Part shown: one piece after another, positions 49,702 to 58,303 of the stretch | Layout: every line of letters starts with the position of its first letter | Position numbering within the stretch: the first letter of the stretch is position 1 | DNA from: Planctomycetales bacterium | Lineage (GTDB): Bacteria; Omnitrophota; Gorgyraeia; Zapsychrales; Zapsychraceae | NCBI GenBank assembly: GCA_005239675.1 | Contig: SBBO01000021.1 | Location: 1 to 58,350 of the forward strand | DNA length: 58,350 nucleotides | Reading direction: 5' to 3' | Translations under genes and position numbers: made by a program | The notes under the pieces: generated by a model | What the model saw: the letters and a program-made list of their open reading frames with translations, nothing else | The model's database searches: none | Told to the model about the DNA's origin: nothing

Positions 49702-51333
49702 ATGAATGACTCGAGACAAGATTTTTTTGGCCGTACCGCCACCCTGGAGTTGCTGAAAAAACGGGTCCTAGATATTAAAGAAGGATATCGGCAAAATATC
49801 GCCATCCTGGGCAATCGTTATATCGGCAAGACGGCGCTCCTCCACCATTTTCTCTCTAATCTCGATGAAGAGAACGTAACCACCATTTATCTGGATATCG
49901 AAAATAAAGACTTCCGACTCTTTTTGGAAAAGTTCACCGGTCGACTTTTATATAATTATTCGATAAGTCAACAGCTGCCGGCGCATGAAGATGTGGATCT
50001 CCTCTTGGAGACGACGAAGGATTCCATTCCCCACACGGTTCAGGTGATTCGTAAAATTTATAAAGACTATCAGGCCAAGAAAATGAGCACGTGTTTCTTG
50101 GGACTCCTGGCGTTACCGGAGATCTTCACCAACGAAACGGGCCGTTTCTGTGTCCTTATCTTGGATGAATTTCAACATCTGGAAGAATTTCCGGTGCCTA
50201 ATGTTTTTCAGCATCTTGGCAAGAAAATCATGACGCAGAAAAGATGCCTATATGTGGTTGCGAGCTCCTGTCCAGCAACAGCCAAGAAGATTCTTTCCGA
50301 GAAATTGTTTTTACTTTTTGGTAATTTTGAGGTTGTTGCCCTGGAGCCATTTGACCCGCACACCAGCCGTCAATTCATTGAAACCGCATTGCAGCAAATT
50401 GAAATAAACGGATCGTTGCAGGATTTCCTAGTCGATTTTACAGCAGGGTATCCGTTATATCTGCATCTTATCTGCGTTGAATTGGTACGCCTGAGCATGG
50501 TGCATCAACAGCGTGAGATTTTTATTCCCCTTTTGGCTAAGGCCGCGGAGAACGTGATCTTTAACCGTTGGGGCGCGATTAGTCGGCATTTCGAGCTGAT
50601 TGTAGGAGAACTGGCTAGTATCAAGAGCAGCCGCATCATGACAGCTGTCTTAATGGCATTAGCCAATGATTGCCACAAGACAGAGGAAGTCTGCGCAGCG
50701 CTGGGGTTAGGGAAGGCCCAGGTTAATAGTAAAATCAATCGCTTGATGGAGGCAGGGTTCATCGCGAAAAATGGCAATTTTTATTATTTCCGTGATAAAT
50801 TATTCAAATATTGGACGAAATACGTCTTTCAAGAGCGCTTGAGATATATTAATTTGGAGCCGGAAAGACGCCGCGAACAATTCCAGAAGGAGTTTTGTCG
50901 GCTGATGGAAGGCTTCAAGATCAATACCTGTAAGGATTTGTCCTCTAGGATTATTGAGCTCTTGCATTGCTTTGATCATGAGGCCTTTGATCTCAATGGC
51001 CGTAAATACAAGCTGCCGCTTTTCCGTGAGATCGTGGCGTTACCTAAGACACAAACCCAGGATTGCTCTTTGGATATGATTAAGGCATCCACGATCGATG
51101 ATGTGTGGCTCATTGCCGTTAAAGATAAAAATGTAAGCGAGGCAGAGATCAACACCCTTCTGGAAGAGTCTCGCAAAGATATCCAGAAGCCGCAGCGCTG
51201 TCTTTTGATTTTTATGAAGACCCTCGATGAGAATGCCCGGCTGCGGGCCATGCAGGAAAGATTTTGGATATGGAGCGAAAAAGAAATCAACACCTTATTA
51301 ACTCTTTTTAACAAACCCTCCATTGCCCGATAG
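49702..51333 (+). CDS. Archaeal-type AAA ATPase (PF01637-like) with winged-helix domain and uncharacterised C-terminal domain
   Basis: FFGRTATLELL..., Walker A GNRYIGKT, Walker B VLILDEFQHL, wHTH-like EEVCAALGLGKAQVNSKINRLMEAGFI. Family recognised from motifs only. Confidence 0.65.
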   Translation: MNDSRQDFFGRTATLELLKKRVLDIKEGYRQNIAILGNRYIGKTALLHHFLSNLDEENVTTIYLDIENKDFRLFLEKFTGRLLYNYSISQQLPAHEDVDLLLETTKDSIPHTVQVIRKIYKDYQAKKMSTCFLGLLALPEIFTNETGRFCVLILDEFQHLEEFPVPNVFQHLGKKIMTQKRCLYVVASSCPATAKKILSEKLFLLFGNFEVVALEPFDPHTSRQFIETALQQIEINGSLQDFLVDFTAGYPLYLHLICVELVRLSMVHQQREIFIPLLAKAAENVIFNRWGAISRHFELIVGELASIKSSRIMTAVLMALANDCHKTEEVCAALGLGKAQVNSKINRLMEAGFIAKNGNFYYFRDKLFKYWTKYVFQERLRYINLEPERRREQFQKEFCRLMEGFKINTCKDLSSRIIELLHCFDHEAFDLNGRKYKLPLFREIVALPKTQTQDCSLDMIKASTIDDVWLIAVKDKNVSEAEINTLLEESRKDIQKPQRCLLIFMKTLDENARLRAMQERFWIWSEKEINTLLTLFNKPSIAR

Positions 51334-51336
51334 AAG

Positions 51337-51819
51337 ATGAGGATTGGTGTCTTGGCAGATACGCATTCTCTGAACATTCCTTTAGAGGTGCTTGAGGACT
51401 TTAAGAAAACAGATTTGATTATTCATGCGGGGGATTTTTGCAGCCTCCAAGACTTAGAGTTGCTGCGTCGGATAAAGGAGGTCAAGGGTGTTTACGGCAA
51501 TATGGATGGGGCCGATATTCGACGGATATTGCCACGACGGAAAATATTCAATTTAGAGGGGGTAACCATTGGTCTGTGCCATGGGGAAGGATCACCAAAA
51601 AGATCTTGGGAGGTTGTTCAAGGTGAATTTAAGGGCGATAATGTACAAGCAGTCGTCTTTGGCCACTCGCATCAGCCGTTTAACGAGGTGATGGATGGAA
51701 TTTTATATTTTAATCCTGGCAGCCCCAATGATCTGGTTCGTGCCCCCTTTTGTTCCTACGGCATCCTGGAAGTAAAATCTGGCTGCATTAAAGGCGAGAT
51801 CATCAAACTTAAAAAATAG
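51337..51819 (+). CDS. YfcE/MJ0936-family metallophosphoesterase
   Basis: 160 aa, MRIGVLADTHS, HAGDF, GNMD, GHSHQP motifs. Confidence 0.85.
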   Translation: MRIGVLADTHSLNIPLEVLEDFKKTDLIIHAGDFCSLQDLELLRRIKEVKGVYGNMDGADIRRILPRRKIFNLEGVTIGLCHGEGSPKRSWEVVQGEFKGDNVQAVVFGHSHQPFNEVMDGILYFNPGSPNDLVRAPFCSYGILEVKSGCIKGEIIKLKK

Positions 51820-51821
51820 TT

Positions 51822-52313
51822 ATGGACAAACTTTGGGCGCCCTGGCGGGTTACCTATATAACCAATATCCTCAAGAAGACGCGGGGCTGTGTCTTTTGTA
51901 GGATTTTTAAACAAAAAAAGGACAAACAGAATTACGTGATTATGCGTTCTGCGCACGCCTATGCGGTCCTGAACATTTATCCGTATAACAATGGCCACCT
52001 TTTGATTGTCACAAACCGCCACGTTGGGGATTTTGATCGTCTTAGCTGTGATGAGCGTAAAGATTTATTTGATCTTATGTTGACGACAAAGACACTCCTG
52101 TCACAGACGTTGAAGTCTCAAGGATATAACATCGGCATTAATCTTGGCCGTGTCGCAGGGGCTGGTTTTCCCGGACATCTTCATATTCATTTGGTGCCGC
52201 GATGGAAGGGGGATGTCAATTTTATGCCCGTCACGGCCCACACCAAAGTCCTGTCTCAGTCCTTGCGGGCCCTGTATGAGGGATTGCGCCGTGCGCACAC
52301 GAGAAGACTTTGA
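51822..52313 (+). CDS. HIT family nucleotide hydrolase/phosphorylase (Ap4A-phosphorylase-like subgroup)
   Basis: 163 aa, histidine triad GHLHIHLVPRWKGDVNFMP. Confidence 0.8.
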   Translation: MDKLWAPWRVTYITNILKKTRGCVFCRIFKQKKDKQNYVIMRSAHAYAVLNIYPYNNGHLLIVTNRHVGDFDRLSCDERKDLFDLMLTTKTLLSQTLKSQGYNIGINLGRVAGAGFPGHLHIHLVPRWKGDVNFMPVTAHTKVLSQSLRALYEGLRRAHTRRL

Positions 52314-53472
52314 GACCATTGAAGAGAAGATCCTGGCGCCGTATGCCATGAAAAGCCGGGACACGGCTGGAAGGATATACGAGGAGCCGCCTCACGATAT
52401 CCGTACCTGCTACCAGCGCGACCGCGACCGCATTGTCCATTGCGAGGCCTTTCGTAAGCTTGAATATAAAACACAGGTGTTTGTTATTTTCGAAGGCGAT
52501 TATTACCGTACACGCCTGACGCACACAGTCGAAGTAGCGCAGATTGCCCGGACTATCGGTCGGGCGCTGCAGCTCAATGAAGACTTAATCGAGGCGGTCG
52601 CTCTAGCCCATGACCTGGGACACCCACCCTTTGGTCATGCAGGAGAAGGGGCGCTCAACGAGATCATGCTCGCCGCGAACGTCCCGGGATTTAATCATAA
52701 TGTGCGTAGTTTTGAAATTGTCACCCGATACGAGAAACGTTACCCCAATTTTGATGGGTTGAATCTAACCGAAGAGGTCTTGGTGGGGATCCTTAAACAC
52801 CGCACCGTTTATGACCGCCCCGGTATCATCGGTGAGTATGTCGACAAAGGTCAGACCCTCGAGGCGCTGGCCGTTGATATCGCAGATTCGCTTGCGTATC
52901 TTTCGCACGACATCGATGATGGCATCACCTCCGGCTATATAAGCGAAGATGACCTATGCATCAACACGCTTTGGGCCAAGGCTTACAGCCGTGTCGATCC
53001 GGCGCTGGAGACCAAGGATCATCCGATGTTTAAGTATCAAATTGTCAAGGCCTTGATCGATATTCAGATGAAGGACTTGCTGGTCAATTCTGCCGAGCAG
53101 CTTAAGAAGTTTCAATTTCGCTCTTCCAGTCAAGTCAAGGACTATAATCTGCAGCACCCACAGAATTCTGTGATCGATTTTAGTCCTACGATTCGACAGG
53201 AGCGGGAACATTTACAGCAGTTATTGAACAAAAAGCTTTATCATCACTACCGCGTTGTACGCATGACCGATAAGGCCAAGCGCATTATCCATGACCTCTT
53301 TGAGGTCTATAAGGAAAATCCGACACAATTGCCGTATTCAGTCTATCAAAGGGACAGGCAGTACACCGATATCGAGCACTACGAGCTGATTGGCAATTAC
53401 ATTGCTTCTATGACAGATAGGTTCGCCCTTGATGAGCATAAAAAGTTATTCGACCCTTATCAAAAGGTATAA
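52276..53472 (+). CDS. dGTPase-like HD-domain triphosphohydrolase (start 52276 ATG or 52291 GTG)
   Basis: YQRDRDRIVHCEAFRKLEYKTQVF, RLTHTVEVAQIAR, LAHDLGHPPFGHAGE. The upstream part of ORF 52144.. overlaps the HIT gene. Confidence 0.85.
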   Translation: MRDCAVRTREDFETIEEKILAPYAMKSRDTAGRIYEEPPHDIRTCYQRDRDRIVHCEAFRKLEYKTQVFVIFEGDYYRTRLTHTVEVAQIARTIGRALQLNEDLIEAVALAHDLGHPPFGHAGEGALNEIMLAANVPGFNHNVRSFEIVTRYEKRYPNFDGLNLTEEVLVGILKHRTVYDRPGIIGEYVDKGQTLEALAVDIADSLAYLSHDIDDGITSGYISEDDLCINTLWAKAYSRVDPALETKDHPMFKYQIVKALIDIQMKDLLVNSAEQLKKFQFRSSSQVKDYNLQHPQNSVIDFSPTIRQEREHLQQLLNKKLYHHYRVVRMTDKAKRIIHDLFEVYKENPTQLPYSVYQRDRQYTDIEHYELIGNYIASMTDRFALDEHKKLFDPYQKV

Positions 53473-53494
53473 ACAGACCCTTTCAGCAGTACAC

Positions 53495-54508
53495 ATGATT
53501 TACCGGCTGGTCAATTCCACGTATAACGTGCGAGAATTGACCCTGCGATTAACTCGCCTGGTCTGCCAGTTCATTGCGGCGGATTCCTCCAGTATTTATC
53601 TCTTGGATCGCCATCGTAAGAAAATTCTTTCGATTGCCATCTTTAACAATAAAATTAATATCTTTCTTGATAAGAAAAAGGACCTTGGAAAGATATCCGT
53701 CAAGGAAAAAAGAGTGACCAAGGGATATGCCGTACTAGAATCACATTTTTTAGGGCTTCCCTTGGTGGCAGATGAAAACATAGGAGCAATCGTTGTCCAA
53801 CGTCAAAGACGCGCACCTGCCTTTGGCGAGTTTGACAAAGAAATATTAGGAGTCGTCGCTGAGCAATCGGTTACCGCTATTAAGAATATCCAATTGTGTG
53901 AAGAGCAACAAAAGATCATTTTGGGTAGCATCCGTTTCATTGGGGATCTCCTTAGGCGTCAAGGGAATGCCGCGCTGACATCGTCCCATACGCCGGTGTA
54001 TTTTAAGATTGTGAAGACCTTAGCCGAGAATTTGGCCGTAAGCCAAGAGGAGATCAATAATTTGTATTATGCGAGCGTGCTGCGTGATGCAGGGGTAATT
54101 GATGTCCCTTATAATATCCTGGCCAAGACAAGCCAGTTGACATCCGAGGAATTTAAGGTCATCCGCGAGCACCCGACGCGTAGCGCTGAACTGATCAGGC
54201 CGGTTGATTTCCTGCGACCAGTGTTACCGATTATCTTGTACCGTCGAGAGCACTATGATGGGACAGGATATCCATCGGGACTAAGGCGAGAACATATCCC
54301 CATCGGCGCACGCATCGTGGCCGTGATTGATGCCTTCGAGGCAATGACGCGCGAACGTCCCTATAAGACGCGGTTGTCCGTCGATGAGGCTATGAAAGAG
54401 TTGCGGGTCCATAGCGGCACCCAATTTGACCCGCGCGTGGTCGAGGCATTCATGGCATGCACCCATTATAAAAAATTTAGAAATTACTTGAGTTCTGGAA
54501 ATAAATAA
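53495..54508 (+). CDS. GAF domain / degenerate HD-GYP domain protein
   Basis: Internal ATG of ORF 53429... GAF-like N-terminal half. C-terminal EHYDGTGYPSGL with the HD dyad position reading LRDAGV. Confidence 0.75.
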   Translation: MIYRLVNSTYNVRELTLRLTRLVCQFIAADSSSIYLLDRHRKKILSIAIFNNKINIFLDKKKDLGKISVKEKRVTKGYAVLESHFLGLPLVADENIGAIVVQRQRRAPAFGEFDKEILGVVAEQSVTAIKNIQLCEEQQKIILGSIRFIGDLLRRQGNAALTSSHTPVYFKIVKTLAENLAVSQEEINNLYYASVLRDAGVIDVPYNILAKTSQLTSEEFKVIREHPTRSAELIRPVDFLRPVLPIILYRREHYDGTGYPSGLRREHIPIGARIVAVIDAFEAMTRERPYKTRLSVDEAMKELRVHSGTQFDPRVVEAFMACTHYKKFRNYLSSGNK

Positions 54509-54527
54509 ACATATAATAACCGATACT

Positions 54528-55163
54528 ATGTCTTGCGAGAATACACAATTTGAATTATTTCCATTTCTACGGGGTCGTTATGCACGGGTTGCGCCGCCCC
54601 GCTACCTATTAAAAGACTTGACACTTTCAGTAGAAAATACTATTGTCTTAGCGATCGTTGCTATCATGGTCGTGGTCCTGTTCTTTTCATTTGGGGTGGA
54701 GCGCGGAAAGCGCATCGTCCGTAGCGTCCTAGAGGATAAGACGAACGGCCAGACCAATGCCGCGGCATTGCCCGTTACCCCCGAGCGGCCCGATCTCAAG
54801 GTCTTTCAGGAGATCACCCCTGACCAAAAGAAAGTTACGACTCAAGGCCCGTCCCCTGATGAGAGGCTTCCTGGGGGCATGGAGGTGGTGCCTGAGTCTG
54901 TGTCTTTGGTCGTATCGAAGACGCAGGCAAAGCAACACCCAGCGCTTGGCACCTTTACTATTCAGGTAGCTTCATTTAAAGAAAGAGAAAACGCCCAGAA
55001 AGAAGCTAAACGTTTAGAGAAAAGAGGCTACCCCATATTTGTCCTGCCGAAAGGCAATCATTCCATTGTGTGTGTGGGGAAGTTTGCGTTCAAAGATGAG
55101 GCCACTGAATTCTTCCATAAATTAAAAAAGTCCTATAATGATTGTGTCATAAGGAGACTATGA
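54528..55163 (+). CDS. SPOR domain membrane protein
   Basis: TM LAIVAIMVVVLFFSF. C-terminal SPOR block FTIQVASFKERENAQKEAKRLEKRGYPIFV. Confidence 0.75.
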   Translation: MSCENTQFELFPFLRGRYARVAPPRYLLKDLTLSVENTIVLAIVAIMVVVLFFSFGVERGKRIVRSVLEDKTNGQTNAAALPVTPERPDLKVFQEITPDQKKVTTQGPSPDERLPGGMEVVPESVSLVVSKTQAKQHPALGTFTIQVASFKERENAQKEAKRLEKRGYPIFVLPKGNHSIVCVGKFAFKDEATEFFHKLKKSYNDCVIRRL

Positions 55164-55164
55164 G

Positions 55165-55446
55165 ATGTCGCTCCATCCTTCTTTAAAAATTGATTCGTCC
55201 ACGACCCAGCAACGCACTGTATTAACGAGGATTGAACGGATCAAAGACCTGATGAAGAAAGGTCTTTGGGATGAAAATCGCTGCGTGACAGCCCTGCCCA
55301 AGACAAAGATCCTTAAGGTCAAGACGTCTAAGGCCAAGAAGAAAGAAGAAGGCGCCGCAGCTATTGGGGCAACGGCCCCAGCAGCAGCCACTGCCCCAGC
55401 AACCAAGGCAGCAGCGCCAGTAAAGGCAACAGCAAAAAAGGCCTAG
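55165..55446 (+). CDS. Small basic protein (TIGR04137-like by recollection) with Ala/Lys/Pro-rich tail
   Basis: 93 aa. MSLHPSLKIDSS...QRTVLTRIERIKDLMKKGLWDE...ALPKTK, then KKKEEGAAAIGATAPAAATAPATKAAAPVKATAKKA. Confidence 0.6.
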   Translation: MSLHPSLKIDSSTTQQRTVLTRIERIKDLMKKGLWDENRCVTALPKTKILKVKTSKAKKKEEGAAAIGATAPAAATAPATKAAAPVKATAKKA

Positions 55447-55476
55447 CACCTCATCAGATTAAGTCTGATGAAGTGC
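55446..55476 (+). promoter_or_regulatory. Intercistronic stem-loop (13-bp stem, one mismatch, loop TTAAG)
   Basis: GCACCTCATCAGA 55446-55458 / TCTGATGAAGTGC 55464-55476. Begins at the last base of the stop codon. No U-tract follows. Confidence 0.45.
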
Positions 55477-55489
55477 AAGCAAGGGTGCC

Positions 55490-56374
55490 ATGAAAGTGAG
55501 ACTAATTTTTGCAGTTTTTGCCATCATCTACTGCGTTGATGTCCCTGCCTTAACTGCCGAGGAATTTTTCCCTTTTGTTGCACAATCGATAGCTAACCGT
55601 GTCAACGTCCGTGCTGGACAAAGCCAGAACTTTGAAAGGTTGTGCATGCTGGAAAGTGGCGAAGAGGTGCTCGTCCTCGACAAGAATTTTGGCTGGTATA
55701 AGATTCAATTGCCTTTACGGACGCATCTGTATGTCAGTGATAAGTATGTCCATCCCCTGAGCGATCTGGAAGGCGAGATCACCGCTGATCGCGTGAATGT
55801 TCGCGCTAAGGCCAGCATCGAATCGAGCATCATCAGTCAACTAGAAAAAGGTGCGCGGGTGCGCATCGTCGCTAAGAAAGAAGGGTGGTATACAATCCAA
55901 CCGTCAGAACAGGCGAGTGGATGGGTTGCCGAATCGCTCTTAAAATTCAAATCTGAGGACGTCAGTACCTATCATCTTCGTCAAGACAACCTCATGGCCC
56001 AGGCGCAAGAAGCATCCGTTCCTATTGTGTCCGTCACGCCCCAGGCGCCACCAGCCACGGCTGTGGCTTCTCCCAATGAACAGTCAAAGATAATTTCGGC
56101 CTTAGGATATCTAAAGCCATGTACGCCATCGCCTGATCGTGGTTTATCGTATAAATTGGTCACCGTGAAGCCTCGTTCTGCCCAACAGAGCTCTGAATCT
56201 ACTGATAGGCCCAGTCAAGTCAGCGCGCCCGTCTACTATATCCGCGGTCTTAAGTCGATCCTAAGAGACTTCGTCGGTTATGTGGTCACGATCGATGGAA
56301 CTTTAGATGCGCAAGTTGGGACCCAGTCCCAGCAGCCTGTCATCTTTATCTCCAAGATTCAATTAGTCTTATAA
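55490..56374 (+). CDS. Secreted protein with two bacterial SH3 domains
   Basis: Signal peptide MKVRLIFAVFAIIYCVDVPALTA. Repeats NRVNVRAGQS...GWYKIQ and DRVNVRAKAS...GWYTIQ. Confidence 0.7.
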   Translation: MKVRLIFAVFAIIYCVDVPALTAEEFFPFVAQSIANRVNVRAGQSQNFERLCMLESGEEVLVLDKNFGWYKIQLPLRTHLYVSDKYVHPLSDLEGEITADRVNVRAKASIESSIISQLEKGARVRIVAKKEGWYTIQPSEQASGWVAESLLKFKSEDVSTYHLRQDNLMAQAQEASVPIVSVTPQAPPATAVASPNEQSKIISALGYLKPCTPSPDRGLSYKLVTVKPRSAQQSSESTDRPSQVSAPVYYIRGLKSILRDFVGYVVTIDGTLDAQVGTQSQQPVIFISKIQLVL

Positions 56375-56409
56375 AAAGCCCTCATTGGGCAACGCCGTTT
56401 GTCGAAGCA

Positions 56410-57030
56410 ATGCTGATTGATGCCTTCAGTCTGGTTGTCGTCTTGTCCAGCGCCGTTGTGCTGCATGAATATGCCCATGGCTGGGTCGCAAACCGTTTGG
56501 GAGACCCAACAGCTAAGCTGGCGGGGCGATTGACACTTAACCCCGTTAAGCATATCGATCCCGTGGGGACAATCTTTGTGCCAGGAATTTTGATTGTCTT
56601 GCGTTTGCTGGGCATGAATACGTTCGTCTTTGGCTGGGCTAAACCCATCCCCGTTAATTTTTGGAGATTGAATAATCCTAAAAGAGATATGATATGGGTG
56701 GCGTTGGCGGGGCCGCTGCTGAATATTTTTTTAGCATTTGCCTTTAGTCAACTGGCACGGGTGGTAGAGGTTGCGGCCATCGATCATCTAGCCGAGGTTG
56801 CGGTATTTATCAATTTATTGTTGGCGGTATTTAATATGTTGCCCATCCCGCCATTGGATGGTTCTAGGGTGGTGATGGGGTTGCTGCCGGATCGATGCAC
56901 TGCCGTCTATAGCCGTCTGGAGCGTTATGGGATTTTGATCGTGGCCGTATTGGTTTCTGTCGGGGCGCTTGATACGGTGGTCTTCGGGGTTGTTCAACTG
57001 CTGGGGGCCAGTCTAGGATTCGATTTCTAA
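56410..57030 (+). CDS. Site-2 protease family (peptidase M50) membrane metalloprotease
   Basis: 206 aa, HEYAHG zinc motif, NMLPIPPLDG motif, multiple TM segments. Confidence 0.85.
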   Translation: MLIDAFSLVVVLSSAVVLHEYAHGWVANRLGDPTAKLAGRLTLNPVKHIDPVGTIFVPGILIVLRLLGMNTFVFGWAKPIPVNFWRLNNPKRDMIWVALAGPLLNIFLAFAFSQLARVVEVAAIDHLAEVAVFINLLLAVFNMLPIPPLDGSRVVMGLLPDRCTAVYSRLERYGILIVAVLVSVGALDTVVFGVVQLLGASLGFDF

Positions 57031-58118
57031 TGAAGATAGTCAATGTTGCCTTAAAAGAAAACTCGTATCGTATCGTCATTGGTCAGCATATCTTGCCGCG
57101 ACTAGGTCAGGCGCTCAAAGGCCTCAATATTGGACGCGACGCCTTGATTATTACGAGTCGTGTCATCCGGCGGCATCATGGAGCGGCCTTGGCGAGCAGT
57201 CTTAAAGAGAATGGCTTCTGTGTTAAATTCTTTGAAGTTCCTGATGGGGAACAAAGTAAGTCGGTCAAGACAGCCTTTTCTCTGATCGAAAGAATCGCCT
57301 GCTATGATTGTGGGAGACAGTCCTTTATCGTAGCATTTGGGGGAGGCGTTATTGGCGACCTCGCAGGGTATGTCGCTGCCGTATATAAGAGAGGCGTCCC
57401 CTACATTCAAGTGCCAACCACTTTCTTGGCGCAGATCGATTCAGCCATTGGTGGCAAGACGGCCATTGATCTAGTTGCAGGCAAAAATCTGGTTGGCGCC
57501 TTTTATCAGCCGAGGATCGTCTGGAGCGATGTGGCCGTGTTAGCGACATTGGACAAGCGACAGATGCGTAATGGCTTGGCCGAGGCAGTTAAGTATGGCA
57601 TGATTGCTGATTCCAAATTGTTTACCGACATCGCCAGGCACTACCAAGAGCTGATCGAGCGCCGTCTTGGGGTCTTGGAATCGGTGGTTATCCAGTGTAG
57701 CCGGATCAAGACTGCCATTGTCACTAAAGACGAGAGAGAGACACAAGGGATCCGTACTATTTTAAACTTTGGACACACCGTAGGCCACGCAATTGAGGCC
57801 GCCGGCGACTATCGGCGTTATCATCATGGAGAGGCCGTGGCCTTAGGGATGCGGGTCGCTGCAGCAATTTCCTATCAGCGCGGGATGTTAGGAAATAAAG
57901 ATTTGGACGCCCTTAATCGTTTGCTTTCTGATATTGGTCTACCGCAAAAGATTAAAGGGTTATCGGTGGCTGATATCATTGCCGTCATGAGGCATGACAA
58001 AAAGTTTAAGGGGGGCAAAAACCGATTTGTCCTCGCGCAAAAAATTGGACAGGTCAAAATTGTTACTGAGATCCCGCCATCCGTCATTCGCTACGCCATC
58101 CATCGCTACATGGATTAA
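57030..58118 (+). CDS. aroB: 3-dehydroquinate synthase
   Basis: 362 aa, GGGVIGDLAGYVAA, VPTTFLAQIDSAIGGKTAID, NFGHTVGHAIE, HGEAVALGM. Confidence 0.93.
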   Translation: MKIVNVALKENSYRIVIGQHILPRLGQALKGLNIGRDALIITSRVIRRHHGAALASSLKENGFCVKFFEVPDGEQSKSVKTAFSLIERIACYDCGRQSFIVAFGGGVIGDLAGYVAAVYKRGVPYIQVPTTFLAQIDSAIGGKTAIDLVAGKNLVGAFYQPRIVWSDVAVLATLDKRQMRNGLAEAVKYGMIADSKLFTDIARHYQELIERRLGVLESVVIQCSRIKTAIVTKDERETQGIRTILNFGHTVGHAIEAAGDYRRYHHGEAVALGMRVAAAISYQRGMLGNKDLDALNRLLSDIGLPQKIKGLSVADIIAVMRHDKKFKGGKNRFVLAQKIGQVKIVTEIPPSVIRYAIHRYMD

Positions 58119-58256
58119 ACCTGTAAAGCCCTTTATCTCTCAATAATAACAATTCAACCCTCAAAAATGCTTGGTTTATAGCGGGGAAATATCATGCCGA
58201 GGCGCGAAGCGCCGAGGCAACCTCTTACGATTTCGCAAAAAGTGCGACAGTCATAA

Positions 58257-58296
58257 CCCCAAAAAGAATCCTTTTTGGGGTCCTTGTTTCTTTTCT
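58257..58296 (+). terminator. Rho-independent terminator
   Basis: Perfect 10-bp stem CCCCAAAAAG / CTTTTTGGGG with loop AATC (58257-58280), followed by T-rich TCCTTGTTTCTTTTCT. Confidence 0.7.
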
Positions 58297-58303
58297 AGTA
58301 ATT

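Noticed and set aside
52276-53472. dGTPase-like gene as a nucleotide-depletion anti-phage defence gene
   Set aside because: The motifs match the widespread housekeeping Dgt-like type. It sits in a tightly packed housekeeping operon with no mobility genes or obvious compositional break.
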